This document shows, one piece after another, positions 1 to 12,062 of a DNA stretch of 52,106 bases (position 1 is the first letter of the stretch; the number at the start of each line of letters is the position of its first letter). The notes below the pieces were generated by a model, which ran no database searches, was not told the origin of the DNA, and saw only the letters and a program-made list of their open reading frames with translations. The DNA comes from Chiloscyllium plagiosum. Its lineage: Eukaryota. Location of the stretch: NCBI RefSeq assembly GCF_004010195.1, contig NC_057720.1, positions 29,110,898 to 29,163,003 of the forward strand, in the 5' to 3' direction. The position numbers were made by a program, and so were the translations under genes.

Positions 1-999
1 GGATCGGTGCTGGGCCCTCTACTTTTTGTCATTTACATAAATGATTTGGATGCGAGCATAAGAGGTACATTTAGTAAGTTTGCAGATGACACCAAAATTG
101 GAGGTGTCATGGACAGCGAAGAGGGTTATCTCAGATTACAACAGGATCTGGACCAGATGGGTCAATGGGCTGAGAAGTGGCAGATGGAGTTTAATTCAGA
201 TAAATGCGCGGTGCTGCATTTTGGGAAAGCAAATCTTAGCAGGACTTATACACTTAATGGTAAGGTCCTAGGGAGTGTTGCTGAACAGAGAGAATTTGGA
301 GTGCAGGTTCAAAGCTCCTTGAAAGTGGAGTTGCAGGTAGATAGGATAGTGAAGAAGGCATTTGGTATACTTTCCTTTATTGGTCAGAGGATTGAGTACA
401 GGAGTTGGGAGGTCATGTACAGGACATTGGTCAGGCCACTGTTGGAATATTGCGTGCAATTCCGGTCCCCTTCCTATCGGAAATATGTTGTGAAACTTGA
501 AAGGGTTCAGAAAAGATTTACAAGGATGTTACCAGGGTTGGAGTATCTGAGCTATAGGGAGAGGCTGAACAGGCTGGGCTGTTTTCCCTGGAGTGTCGGA
601 GGCTGAGGGGTGACTTTATAGAGGTTTACAAAATTATGAGGAGCATGGATAGGATAAATAGATAAAGTCTTTTCCCTGGGGTCGGGGAGTCCAGAATCGG
701 AGGGCATAGGTTTAAGGTGAGAGGGGAAAGATATAAAAGAGACCTAAGGGGCAACATTTTCACGCAGAGGGTGGTGCGTGTATGGAATGAGCTGCCAGAG
801 GATGTGGTGGAGGCTGGTACAATTGCAACATTGAAAAGGCATTTGGATGGGTATATGAATAGGTAGGGTTTGGAGTGGTGTGGGCCGGGTGCTGGCAGGT
901 GGGACTAGACTGGGTTGGGATATCTGGTTGGCATGCACGGGTTGGACCAAAGGGTCTGTTTCCATGCTTTACATCTCTATGCCTCTATGACTATGACTC
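1..999 (+). mobile_element. CR1 LINE, 3' part (RT C-terminus + 3' UTR), begins before window
   Basis: ORF 7..606 has CR1 RT motifs (LGPLLFVIYINDLD, SKFADDTKIGG, WAEKWQMEFN, LVRPLLEYCVQF). Ends in CTCTATG/ACTATG tail repeats at ~974-999. Confidence 0.95.
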
Positions 1000-1000
1000 T

Positions 1001-1231
1001 AAGAGGTGGAAAAGTGAACGTTTCGGGTGTAGTCCTTCTTCAGGATTGGGGGTGGGTGTAAGGGGAACTTCAGATATCGGGGGTGGGGGAGGTGTGGCCG
1101 GGTGGTGAAGTAGGAATAGGTGAACGCAGGTGGACTTCTCCATTTCCTGATGCTGCCCGGCCTGCTGTTTTCTTCTAGCCTTCTGCTCGTCTGCCGTGGA
1201 TTCTGGCATAGGCAGTTTTTTTTGTCTCTAA
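1001..1231. mobile_element. Short PLE pseudo-LTR remnant, partly inverted
   Basis: Minus strand 1017-1043 reads CTGAAGA-AGGACTACACCC-GAAAC-GTT (hammerhead-like). The + strand ends CCTGATGCTGCC...TTTTGTCTCTAA like the PLE end at ~36035-36120. Confidence 0.7.
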
Positions 1232-1486
1232 TCTAGTAACTCACCCAAACTCCTTCCAAATCCATGGCTAGAAGGACAAGGAAACAGATATATGGGAACA
1301 CCACAACTTAAAAGTTCTACTCCAAGCTGCACCCTGACCCCATTCCATCCGTGTTACTGGGTCAGATTCCTGGAAGTCACTTTCTCTCGGCCAGTTAGGA
1401 ATCTGTGTTGGCTCCTATCCCATAAATGTTTTTTTTAAATTATGCAATAAGGCACCTCTTTACATGTGAGTATTTTTGGATCTTAG

Positions 1487-1595
1487 GATGAAACCAGATG
1501 AATATGAGGCTTGTGTGGCAAAGATAGAAGAGGTGAAGAAACAGCCATTGGGACATTCAAAGCAGGGTGAATTTATCAGACTCATGGAAGAAAAG
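1487..1595 (+). CDS. ATPAF1: ATPAF1 coding exon (exon 2), 109 nt
   Basis: tcttag|G ATG AAA CCA...GAA AAG|gcaag. Translates MKPDEYEACVAKIEEVKKQPLGHSKQGEFIRLMEEK, matching the KQPxGHSxQGxFI segment of vertebrate ATPAF1 (from memory). In frame with the next exon. Confidence 0.9.
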
Positions 1596-1865
1596 GCAAG
1601 ATTCTATAAGATTTTCTTTATTAAAATATGTTTAACCGAATTGTGTTAAAAGGTAAGTTGGTTATGAACCTAATCAATTAGGTCATTAATTATAAATTTC
1701 CTGAAATTGTTTTTCACAAGTTCAGTGTTTCTATTTCCCTTGAACATTTGTAGTAGTACAGTTGCTTTTTGGGGATGTGTTTGGATGGGAATATGCAACG
1801 GAAATCCATTGCTGTGCATCACTTGAATGTTAAAGAAAAAAGTGTTCGACATCAAACTATACAAG

Positions 1866-4017
1866 AGAAAAAGTGAGGACTGCAGATGCTGGGGAAATCA
1901 GAGTCAAAAGGTGTGGTGCTGGAAAATCATAGCAAGTCAGGCAGTAGCTGAGGAGCAGGAGAGTCGACATTTCAGGAATAAGCCCTCCATCAGGAATGTG
2001 AGGTTGAGGGGAAAGGAGGCTGTGAGATAAATAGGAGGGTGGGAATGGGGGGAAGGTAACTGGGAATGTGATAGGTAGGTGCAGATGGGACATGGGACTG
2101 ATAGGTCAGAGGGGAAGGTGGAGCAGAACGGTAGGAAGAAAGATGGACAGATAGGATAGTGCCAAGTTGGAGGGTTGGATCTGGGAGAAGGTGGGGGAGG
2201 GGAATTGACGAAACTGGTGAAGTTGACGTTGATGTCATGTGGTTGGAGGGTCCCAAGCGGATCATGAGTTCTTCCTCCAGTCGGGTAGCTTGGATTTGGC
2301 AGTGGAGACGGCCCAGGACTTGCATGTCCTCAGTGGAGTGGGAGGGGGAGTCGAAGTGGTCGGCCACAGAGCAGTGATGTTGGTTGGTGCATGTGTTTCC
2401 TGAAACATTCTGCGATTTGACATTTTGTCTCCCCAATGTAGAGGAGACCCCATTGAGAGCAACGGACATGGTAGATGAGGTGTTTCAATGTGCAGGAAAT
2501 CTCTGCCGATGTGAAAGGATCCTTTGGGGCCTTGGATGGAGGTGAGGGGGAAGGTGTGGGCGCAGATTTTACACTCCTTGCAGTGGCAAGGGAAAGTGCC
2601 AGGAGCGGTGGTTTGGTGGGGGCCGTGGACCTAATGAGGCAGTCGCAGAGAGAATGGTCTCTGCGGAACATAGATATGGGTGGGGAGGAAATTATATCTC
2701 TGGTGATGGAGTAAGCGAGTTTTGACTGTAGGTGGCAGAAATGGCGGAGGATAATGTATTGTATCCAGAGATTAGTGGGGTGGAAGCTGAGGATTAGTGG
2801 GGGGATCCATCCTTGTTGTGGTTGAAGGGGTGGGATTCAAAGACGGAGGTGTGGGAAGTGGAGGAGATGCGCTGGAGGTGTCGTTGACCACGTGGGAAGG
2901 GAAATTGCGGTCCTTGAGGAAGGAGACCATCTGTGATATTCTGGAGTGGAATTGGTCCTCCTGAGAGCAGATGCGGCAGAAGTGGAGGAATTGGGAGTAA
3001 GGGATAACATACTTACAGGAATGGGGGTGGAAGGAGGTTTGGTTAAGGTAGCTGTGGGAATCAGTGGGTTTGAAGTAGATGTCCATGTGAGTCGGTCACT
3101 GGAGACTGAGAGGTCCACCGCACTAATCACCAGATACAGTGCATTATCCTCCACCATTTCCACCACCTACAATCAGACCCCAATACTAGAGATATAGTTC
3201 CCTTCCCACCCCTTTCAGCATTCCAAGAGAGACCATTCCCTCTGCAACTCCCTCATTAGATCCATGACTCGACCAACCCACCCTTCACTCCTGGCACCTT
3301 CCGTTGACGCTGCATGAGGTGTGAAACCTGTGCCCACAGCAACCCCTCACCTCTGTCCAAGGCCCGAAAGGATCCTTTAACATCTGACAGAGATTTTCCT
3401 GCATATCGAAACATCTGATCTACCCTGTCCATTGCTCTCAATGTGGTCTCCTCTACGTTGGGGAGACAGGGTGCCAACTCGCAGAACATTTCAGGGAACA
3501 TATCTGGGATACACACACCAAACCACACCACCACCCTGTGGCCAACAACTTGAACTTCCCCATCCCACTCCATCAAGGACATGCAAATCCTGGGCCTTCC
3601 ACTGCCATATCCAAGCTACCTGACGACTGGAGGCAGAATGCTTCATCTTCCGTCTTGGGACTCTCCAACTACATGGCATCACCGTCAACTTCACCAGTTT
3701 CCTTATCTCCCCTCCCTCTACCTCATCCCAGATCCAACCCTCCAACTTGGCACCACTCTCTTGAACTGTCCTACCTGTCCATCTTCCTTCCCACCTATCT
3801 GCTCCACCTCCCCTCCGACCTATCACTATCACCATTTGCATCTACCTATCGCTTTCCCAGCTACCTTACCCCATCAGTACCCTCCTATTTCTCTCTGTCT
3901 CCTTTTCCAAAGCCCCCCTCCACATTCCTGACGAAGGGCTTTTGCCCGAAACATTGACTCTCCTGCTCCTAGGATGCTGCCTAACTTGCTGTGCTTTTCC
4001 AGTGCCACGCTTTTTGA
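1866..4017. mobile_element. PLE (Neptune-like): minus-strand copy ~1866-3117 joined to plus-strand copy ~3118-4017
   Basis: Minus-strand peptides DIYFKPTDSHSYL (RT C-term) and LIYHVRCSQWGLLYIGETK (GIY-YIG). The + copy repeats the GIY-YIG region and pseudo-LTR. Degenerate TSD ATCAAACTATACAAG (1851-1865) / ATCAAATTGTTCAAG (4018-4032). Confidence 0.85.
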
Positions 4018-5994
4018 ATCAAATTGTTCAAGCTCTTGTTTTAAGGACCGTATGAAACTGGGAGTTGTGGTGGTGGTGCTGACACGTGATTGAAATTTTC
4101 TTAAGATTTTATTTAATTTCAGTGCCAAAACTTCAATGCTATTTGTACCTGTGAATACAGTGGTAGAGCTGAAAATGCCTCTTATGTTCTGAATGTAGAA
4201 CAACATTTTAGAACATAAAGTTATTAACTTAGTAAGTACCACTTAGTTTTCTATACTTTGTTTTCTGTTTAAGATTTGATAAATATTTAACATATGGATA
4301 TTTCAAATATTGTAACTTCTGTAACTTCAGTTAAATCTGTGACATTTTTAATAGCAGTTTTCACCATATTGCTAAACTACTATTGTGCTTTATTTAAATT
4401 TAATTTGTAATTCCTGTTGTAGACTTTGAACATCTCTTTGCATATTACAGATATCACTTAACAAAAGAATGAAAATTGTTCCTGTGCAGTGCCTGAAAAC
4501 TGCTAGTGTTGTGTCAAGAGTAATTGAGTTATCTTGTAGATAAATAATTGGAAATATGGGCTCTGCTCCATTTTTATATAATCCAGAGCTTGTTGACATC
4601 AATTAAAGAACAGCACTTGTTGAAGGCAGTCCAGAGAGTTTGTAGATGTTTGAGTGGCAAGTTGTCATTGGCTGCCTGATCCATTGTAGCACCTTATATA
4701 TTTTAGGTCAAGCTACTTTATGATTTTTCAATAGATTGAAGAATTGAGTTGCAGAATTTAAAGCAGAAATTAAATTCAATTTTATACAGAAAATTAAGAC
4801 AGGAAGAATGGATTAGTGAAAGAGCTTGTTTTAGAGTCATAGAGATGTACAGCATGGAAACAGACTCTTCGGTCCAACCTGTCCATGCTGACCAGACATC
4901 CCAAACATCCCAATCTAGTTGCACCTGCCAGCACCTGGCCCATATCCCTCCAAACCCTTCCTATTCATATACCCTTCCAAATGACTCTTAAATGTTGCAA
5001 TTGTACCAGCCTACACCACTTCCTCTGGCAGCTCATTCCATACATGTACCACCCTCTGCGTGAAAAGGTTGCCCCTGAGGTCCCTTTTATATCTTTCCCC
5101 TTTCACCCTAAACCTATGCTGTCTAGTTCTGGACTCCCCGACCCCAGGGAAGAGACTTTGCCTATTTATCCTATCCATGCCCCTCATAATTTTGTAAACC
5201 TCTATAAGGTCAGCCCTCAGCCTCCGACGCTCCAGGGAAAACAGCCCCAGCCTATTCAGCCTCTCCCTGTAGCTCAAATCCTCCAACCCTGGCAACATCC
5301 TTGTAAATCTTTTGTGAACTCTTTCCAGTTTCATAACATCTTTCCGATAGGAAGGAGACCAGAATTGCACGCAATATTCCAACAGTGGCCTAACCAATGT
5401 CCTGTACAGCCGCAACATGTCCTCCCAACTCCTGAACTCAATATTCTGACCAATAAAGGAAAGCATACCAAATGCCTTCTTCACTATCCTATCTACCTGC
5501 GACTCCACTTTCAAGGAGCTATGAACCTGCACTCCAAATTCTCTTTGTTCAGCAACACTCCCTAGGACTTACCATTAAGTGTATAAATCCTGCTAAGATT
5601 TGCTTTCCCAAAATGCAGCACCTCTCATTTATCTGAATTAAACTCCATCTGCCACTTCTCAGCCCATTGGCCCATCTGGTCCAGATCCTGTTGTAATCTG
5701 AGGTAACCCTCTTTGCTGACCATGACACCTCCAATTTTGGTGTCATCGGCAAACTTACTAACTGTACCTCTTATGCTCGCATCCAAATCATTTATGTAAA
5801 TGACAAAAGGTAGAGGACCCAGCACCAATCCTTGTGGCACTCTATTGGCCTCCAGTCTGAAAAACAACCCTCCACCACCACCCTCTGTCTTCTACCTTTG
5901 AGCCAGTTCTGTATCCAAATGGCAAGTTTTCCCTGTATTCCTTGAGATCTAACCTTGCTAATCAGTCTCCCATGGGGAACCTTGTCGAATGCCT

Positions 5995-6155
5995 NNNNNN
6001 NNNNNNNNNNNNNNNNNNNNNNNNNNNNNNNNNNNNNNNNNNNNNNNNNNNNNNNNNNNNNNNNNNNNNNNNNNNNNNNNNNNNNNNNNNNNNNNNNNNN
6101 NNNNNNNNNNNNNNNNNNNNNNNNNNNNNNNNNNNNNNNNNNNNNNNNNNNNNNN
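5995..6155. other. Assembly gap (161 N) inside CR1 ORF2
   Basis: Run of N. Confidence 1.
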
Positions 6156-8843
6156 CCACAGAGTTCTCGGGTACACCTGATCAGGTCCTGGGGATTTATC
6201 CACCTTAACCGTTTCAAGACTCCAGCACTTACTCCTCTGTAATCTGGGCATTTTGCAAGATGTCACCATCTATTTCCCTGCAGTCTGTATCTTCCATATC
6301 CTTTTCCACAGTAAATACTGATGCAAAATATTCATTTAGTATCTCCCCCATTTTCTGTGGCTCCACATAACGGCCACCTTGCTGATCTTTGAGGGGCCCT
6401 ATTCTCTCCCTAGTTACCCTTTTGTCCTTAATATATTTGTAAAAACCCTTTGGATTCTCCTTAATTCTATTTGCCAAAGCTATCTCATTTCCCCTTTTTG
6501 CACTCTTGATTTCCCTCTTAAGTATACTCCTACTTCCTTTATACTCTTCTAAGGATTCATTCGATCTATCCTGTCTATACCAGACATATGATTCCTTCTT
6601 TTTCTTAACCAAAACCTCAATTTCTTTAGTCATCCCCTATACCTACCAGCCTTCCCTTTCACCCTGACAGGAATATACTTTCTCTGGATTCTCATTATCT
6701 CATTTCTGAAGGCTTCCCATTTTCCAGCCGTCCCTTTACCTGCGAACATCTGCTTCCAATCAGCTTTCGAAAGTTCTTGCCTAATACCGTCAAAATTGGC
6801 CTTTCTCCAATTTAGAACTTCAACTTTTGATCTGGTCTATCCTTTTCCATCACTATTTTAAAACGAATAAAATTATGGTCGCTGGCCCCAAAGTGCTCCC
6901 CCACTGACACCTCAGTCACCTGCCCTGCCTTATTTCCCAAGAGTAGGTCAAGATTTGCACCTTCTCTGGCCGGTGCATCCACATACTGAATTGGAAAATT
7001 GTCTTGTACACACTTAAGAAATTCCCCTCCATCTAAACCTTTAACACTATGGCAGTCCCAGTCAATGTTTGGAAAGTTAAAATCCCTGACCATAACTACC
7101 CTATTATTCTTACAGATAGCTGAGATCTCCTTACAAGTTTGTTTCTCAATTTCCCTCTGACTATTAGGGGGTATTTAATACAATCCCAATAAGGGGATCA
7201 TCCCTTTCTTATTTCTCAGTTCCACCCAAATAACTTCAGGAATATCCTCCCTCAGCACAGCTGTAATGCTATCCCTTATCAAAAATGCCACTCTCCCTCC
7301 TCTCTTGCCTCCCTTTCTATCCTTCCTGTAGCATTTATATTCTGGAACATTAAGCAGCCATGTCTCCGTAATTGCTATGATATCTCAGTCCCATGTTCCT
7401 AACCATGTCCTGAGTTCATCTGCCTTCCCTGGTAGGCCCCTTGCATTGAAATAAATGCAGGTTAATTTATAAGTCCTACCTTGTCTCTGCCTGCCCTGAC
7501 TGTTTGACTCACTTTTGTTCTCAACTGTACCAGTCTCAGATTGATCTCTTTCCTCACTATCTCCTGGGACACCGCCCCCCCCCTCCCCGCCCAATCCTCC
7601 CAAGCAGTTCTAGCAAATTCCCTGCCAGTATATTAGTCCCCTTCCAATTTAGGTGCAATCCGTCCTTCTTGTACAGGTCACTTCTATCCTAAAAGAGATT
7701 CCAATGATCCAAAAATGTGAATCCTTCTCCCTTACACCAGCTCCTCATCCATGCATTCATCTGCTCTGTCCTCCTATTCCTGCCCTCACTAGCTCGTAGC
7801 ACTGGGAGTAATCCAGATATTACTTGAGGATCTCCTTTTTAAATTACTGCCTGACTCTCTGTAATCTCCTTTCAGAATCTCAACCTTTTCCCTTCCTGTA
7901 TCATTGTTTCTAATGTGGACAATGACCTCTTGCTGGCCCCTCTCCCCCGTGAGAACATTCTGTACCCTTTGTGAGACATCCTTGATCCTGGCACCAGGGA
8001 AACAACACACCATTCTGCTATTTCTCTGCTGGCCACAGAAACGTCTGTACCTCGGACTACAGAATCCCCTAACACAATTGATCTCTTGGAAGCCGACGTA
8101 CCCCTCGTTGCATTAGAGCCAGTCTCAATACCAGAAACTTGGCTGTTCATGCTATTTCCCCAGAGAATCCATCACCCCCTACATTTTCCAAAACAGCATA
8201 CCTGTTTGAAATGGGTATACCCACAAAAAACTCCTGCCCTAGGTGGCTACCTCTCTTACCCTTCAGGGAGTTAACCCATCTATATGACTGTGTCTGAGAC
8301 ATCCCCCCCCCATAACTGCCATCCATCATATCCTGTTGCTGTTGCAAATTCCTCATCGCTTCTATCTGTCTTTCCAACCGATCCACTCTATATGATAAGA
8401 TTCGCATCCAACAGCATTTATGGCAGATATAATCCACAGTAACCCTTAAACTCCCTTTAAACTCCCACATCTGACAAGAAGTACATATCATTTCAAAGGC
8501 CATTTTTGCTCCTTTACAATCTACAGACCCAGAAAATAACACCATCTTATTCCTCTACAAAACACTGCACCATAATAGCTGTGGCTTATATTTTGAGTTT
8601 AATCAAGTGACTTATCTCCAAAAACACATAATCAAGAAAGAACCCACTGTACTCACTAATGCAGCCTTTCTCTTGGACAGACTTAAAACAACAATTAATT
8701 TATCTTGTTCTGTGTTGTGAACTTTGGCCAAACAGGTTCCTCCAAGATTAGTTGTGAAATTCACAGTTTGTTAATTTTCCCAAATGCACTCCGATGTCCA
8801 GCGGCCCATGAATTCAAAAACAGGAAAGGCAGTAACTATGCAG

Positions 8844-8845
<2 letters not shown>

Positions 8846-8879
<34 letters not shown>
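8846..8879 (+). repeat. (TC)n microsatellite in CR1 5' UTR
   Basis: About 17 TC units. Confidence 0.95.
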
Positions 8880-8881
<2 letters not shown>

Positions 8882-9601
8882 GCACTGTCCTCACCATGTG
8901 CTTCCTTTGTCTGTTCTTCTCCCTTTTAAAACTGCTGTTGTTTTGACTTTTTTTTTCCCAAAGTTCCAAATCAATGCAACAGCAAATGAAACAGTAATTG
9001 CTGCCCCTGGAATTTGAGGAAATCACCTCCAGCACCTAAATCTAGTTCAGTTCTCAAGACTTGTAAAATAAAATTTTCAATGCTGTAGAGATTGTTGGAC
9101 AAAGTTATGATTTAACACCTTTTTAGAAAATTATTTGTATCGGAATGCAGTGGTCCTAACTTTATTATGTGTTTCACGTCTACCTGATGGGTAGTGACTG
9201 TAACTTCACATCCTTACATGGATACAGCCTATAAAGGAGCAGAGTCACTTCGACTTCAGGATTTCTGCATTCAATTGTATGTGTTTGGATCGGAAGTTGT
9301 TATGTGTTTTACTTCATGATAATGTTGAGCAATTAGACATTATTGTCAACGTAAAATGTAGGTCTATTATTATTGATTTCGGAGAAAATCTTCCAAATTA
9401 GGTCCTCTAATGGAAATCAATGCAGCTTAAACTATATTGTAATACAATTACTTTTGTTGAGGTTAAATTTAAATGTTTTTCATAAATAACTATTTGGATG
9501 GTTCACAGGCTTTCATAGACCAACTAGCAGGCACAGTTTAGTTGTTACATCAGGACAGAGAAAGACAAAACAGTTTCGTCCATTAGTCACTTTGCATTAT
9601 A

Positions 9602-9902
9602 GGCACAGTGGTTAGCACTGCTGCCTCACAGCACCAGAGACCCGGGTTCAATTCCCAACTCAGGCGACTGACTGTGTGGAGTTTGCACATTCTCCCCGTG
9701 TCTGCGTGGGTTTCCTCCGGGTGCTCCGGTTTCCTCCCACAGTCCAAAGATGTGTAGGTCAGGTGAATTGGCCATGCTAAATTGCCCGTAGTGTTCGATA
9801 AAGGGGTACATGTAGGGGAATGGGTAAGTTGCGCTTCGGCGGGTCGGTGTGGACTTGTTGGGCCAAAGGGCCTGTTTCCACACTGTAAGTAATCTAATCT
9901 AA
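9602..9902 (+). mobile_element. HE1-like tRNA-derived V-SINE
   Basis: A box GGCACAGTGG, B box GGTTCAATTCC, V-domain GTGTGGAGTTTGCACATTCTCCCCGTGTCTGCGTGGGTTTCC, CR1-like 3' end, (TAATC)n tail. Confidence 0.9.
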
Positions 9903-10626
9903 TGTACCAATTCTGGACCTGTGTCATCCCGTTCCCCCCGCAGTCAAAGCAAAACGCTCGGAGGCACAGTTTTACCTCCTTCACATTTATTCTGAGCCCT
10001 GGAGGGAAATCGAGCGATCATCCATGTGCACAGGGACATGGGTTCCCGGTCTTCTCTCTCAAACAGCAGTTTCTTAATGAATTATATAGTCATTTTTCAG
10101 GGAGGAGCATCCAATAAGGCAACACAAATATTGATTGGGTGACCGTTACAATTAGCAAGTGTCAATAGCAAAGATTAAGCCACCTGCTGTTACACAATGA
10201 GTGTTCTTAACCTTCACATAATGAATGCCTTTCACCTTGTTAAACTGACCGTACATACTGAATGTTTCCAATATTGTTAAATGGTTCTACATAATGAATG
10301 CTTTTCCACCTTGTTAACCCATTACCCTTGCCTCCAGCACCCCATTGTTAACAGCACGTTCTTATCAGGTCTGAGTCATGCTCAGCTGAACCTCTTGTTC
10401 CTTAAAACTCAGAACTTAACTCTTTCCCTACCTGCTTATACCCCATACACAGTCTCATCTGCACCAGAGTTCTTCAATACAAGACAGACTTCATGCATGA
10501 AAATTACCTTTTAGAATGACTTGTTTTTGAATACAAGAATACTTTATGTGCAAATTACTTTGCAATGCTTTGTTACATGCTCTTTGAGTTTAAATTATTT
10601 TTCAGTGGAATGTGTCAGTAATTCGA

Positions 10627-10764
10627 AAGTGTGAAATTAAACCACTGTTTATTCTCAAGGAATCATTTGCAAGTGTGAAATTAAACCACTGTTTATTCTC
10701 AAGGAATTATTTGTAAGTGTGAAATTAAACCACTGTTTATTCTCAAGGAATTATTTGCAAGTGT
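10627..10764. repeat. Tandem repeat, 44-bp unit x ~3.1
   Basis: AAGTGTGAAATTAAACCACTGTTTATTCTCAAGGAATYATTTGY at 10627, 10671 and 10715, plus AAGTGT at 10759. Confidence 0.95.
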
Positions 10765-10806
10765 CTTTTAATTAAAGGGCTAGATGTCTAGATTTGAGCA
10801 GCAGAG

Positions 10807-11127
10807 TAGATTAGATTAACTTCCCTACAGTGTGGAAAAAGGCCCTTCGGCCCAACCAGTCCACACCGACTCTCTGAAGAGTAACTCACCCAGACCCATT
10901 TCCCTCTGACTAATTGACCTAACACTATGGGGCAATTTTGCGTGGCCAATTCACCTGATCTACACATCTTTGGACTGTGGGAGGAAATCGGAGCACCCGG
11001 AGAAAACCCACGCAGACACGGAGAATGTGCAAACTTCACACAGACAGTCACCCGAGGCTGGAATCAAACCTGGTACCCTCGTGCTGTGAGGCAGCAGTGC
11101 TAACCACTGAGCCACTGTGCTGCCCCC
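10807..11127 (-). mobile_element. HE1-like V-SINE
   Basis: Reverse complement carries the same head, V-domain and tail as 9602-9902. Confidence 0.9.
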
Positions 11128-11232
11128 GTCCACTGGTATCTTTGTCAAATATACGTATTTAAAAAGTGCTGGATCCTGGGAGATCCAGATCCTGGTTGTA
11201 TTTGAGATTTATTGTTGATTTTTCTTTCATAG

Positions 11233-11289
11233 TCAAAAAGACTGGGTGAAAGAGCCACTGGAAAGAAAATTGGTTTCAGTAAGGACAAG
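11233..11289 (+). CDS. ATPAF1: ATPAF1 exon 3, 57 nt
   Basis: tttcatag|TCA...GAC AAG|gtaagg. SKRLGERATGKKIGFSKDK, ending in the GFxKDK motif. Confidence 0.88.
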
Positions 11290-11999
11290 GTAAGGGTGTC
11301 TATTTTATTGAACATTAAAAGTATTCAGTTTGACAGAGAAATATACTTATTGCTGTCATATATGTTTGAACCATGAGATTAACCATTAACTATTGAATGT
11401 TTCACAGTTCTGCTTTGTAATATTTTAGCTCTGTTTAGTGAAATTGACAGATTACCACTTGTCCTTACAGAATAATGCAAAAGAATCTTGTGCAAATTAG
11501 ATTAAAATGATTTTGCAATTGTAAACTTAAATTGGATTAAGTTGAATCAATGCTAATTCTATAGTTATTTATCTCAGTATATTGAACACCTCATAAATAT
11601 GCAAATAATGTAGATGTTGGAATTTTCCTCCCTCCACAGTAAATAGAAGTGAATTGCTATCCAAAAGAAGGTTCAAACATTCTCTCAACTCTAGTGTACC
11701 AGTAGCCTACATCCATGAAAGAATTAAAAAAGAAACTTAGTGGAATTTGTTTATAAACCAGCAATTATTTTTAGATGGATCACTCTGTGCCACAAACCAT
11801 GGAACTAGTATACATTTCAGGGAGGAAAGATAAAGATGGTTTCGTGAGAAATATAGCTTTCACTACTTCTTAAAAAAAATAATTGGTAGCAATTACTTCT
11901 TCAAACTAATATAAATTAGCTTTCTATCTTCAGTTGCCTTAATTACTTTCATTTTGAGTTGATTTGTCAGAAGTTTGTTTGTTTTTGTTTTTCTTTCAG

Positions 12000-12062
12000 A
12001 CCCTTCAGTCCATCCTAAATTTGGATATGATGAAAGAAAAGACTGCAGATGAAATCAGACAG
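12000..12062 (+). CDS. ATPAF1: ATPAF1 exon 4, 63 nt
   Basis: ttctttcag|ACC...AGA CAG|gtaagt. TLQSILNLDMMKEKTADEIRQ. Confidence 0.95.

Larger units (their letters stand above)
4833..9040 (-). mobile_element. Near full-length CR1 LINE with disrupted ORF1 (Zn-finger/coiled-coil/SGNH esterase) and ORF2 (APE endonuclease + RT)
   Basis: ORF1 pieces: ICTSCQMWEF...YICHKC, IVLGDSVVRGTD, CCFPGARIKDV, VIVHIRNND. ORF2 pieces: CIYFNARGL, DFNFPNIDW, LDLLL, SDHN, KSPGPDQVYPR, AFDKVPH, SKFADDTK. 3' tail at 4833-4845. 5' end approximate. Confidence 0.93.

Noticed and set aside
4885..5565. 226-aa + strand ORF (and 25522..26085)
   Set aside because: Antisense shadow of CR1 ORF2, recurring in each copy.
5792..6269. 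ORFs containing long X runs
   Set aside because: Artefacts of the N gap.
10627..10764. CRISPR-like array
   Set aside because: Units are contiguous with no unique spacers, there are no cas genes, and the context is a vertebrate intron.
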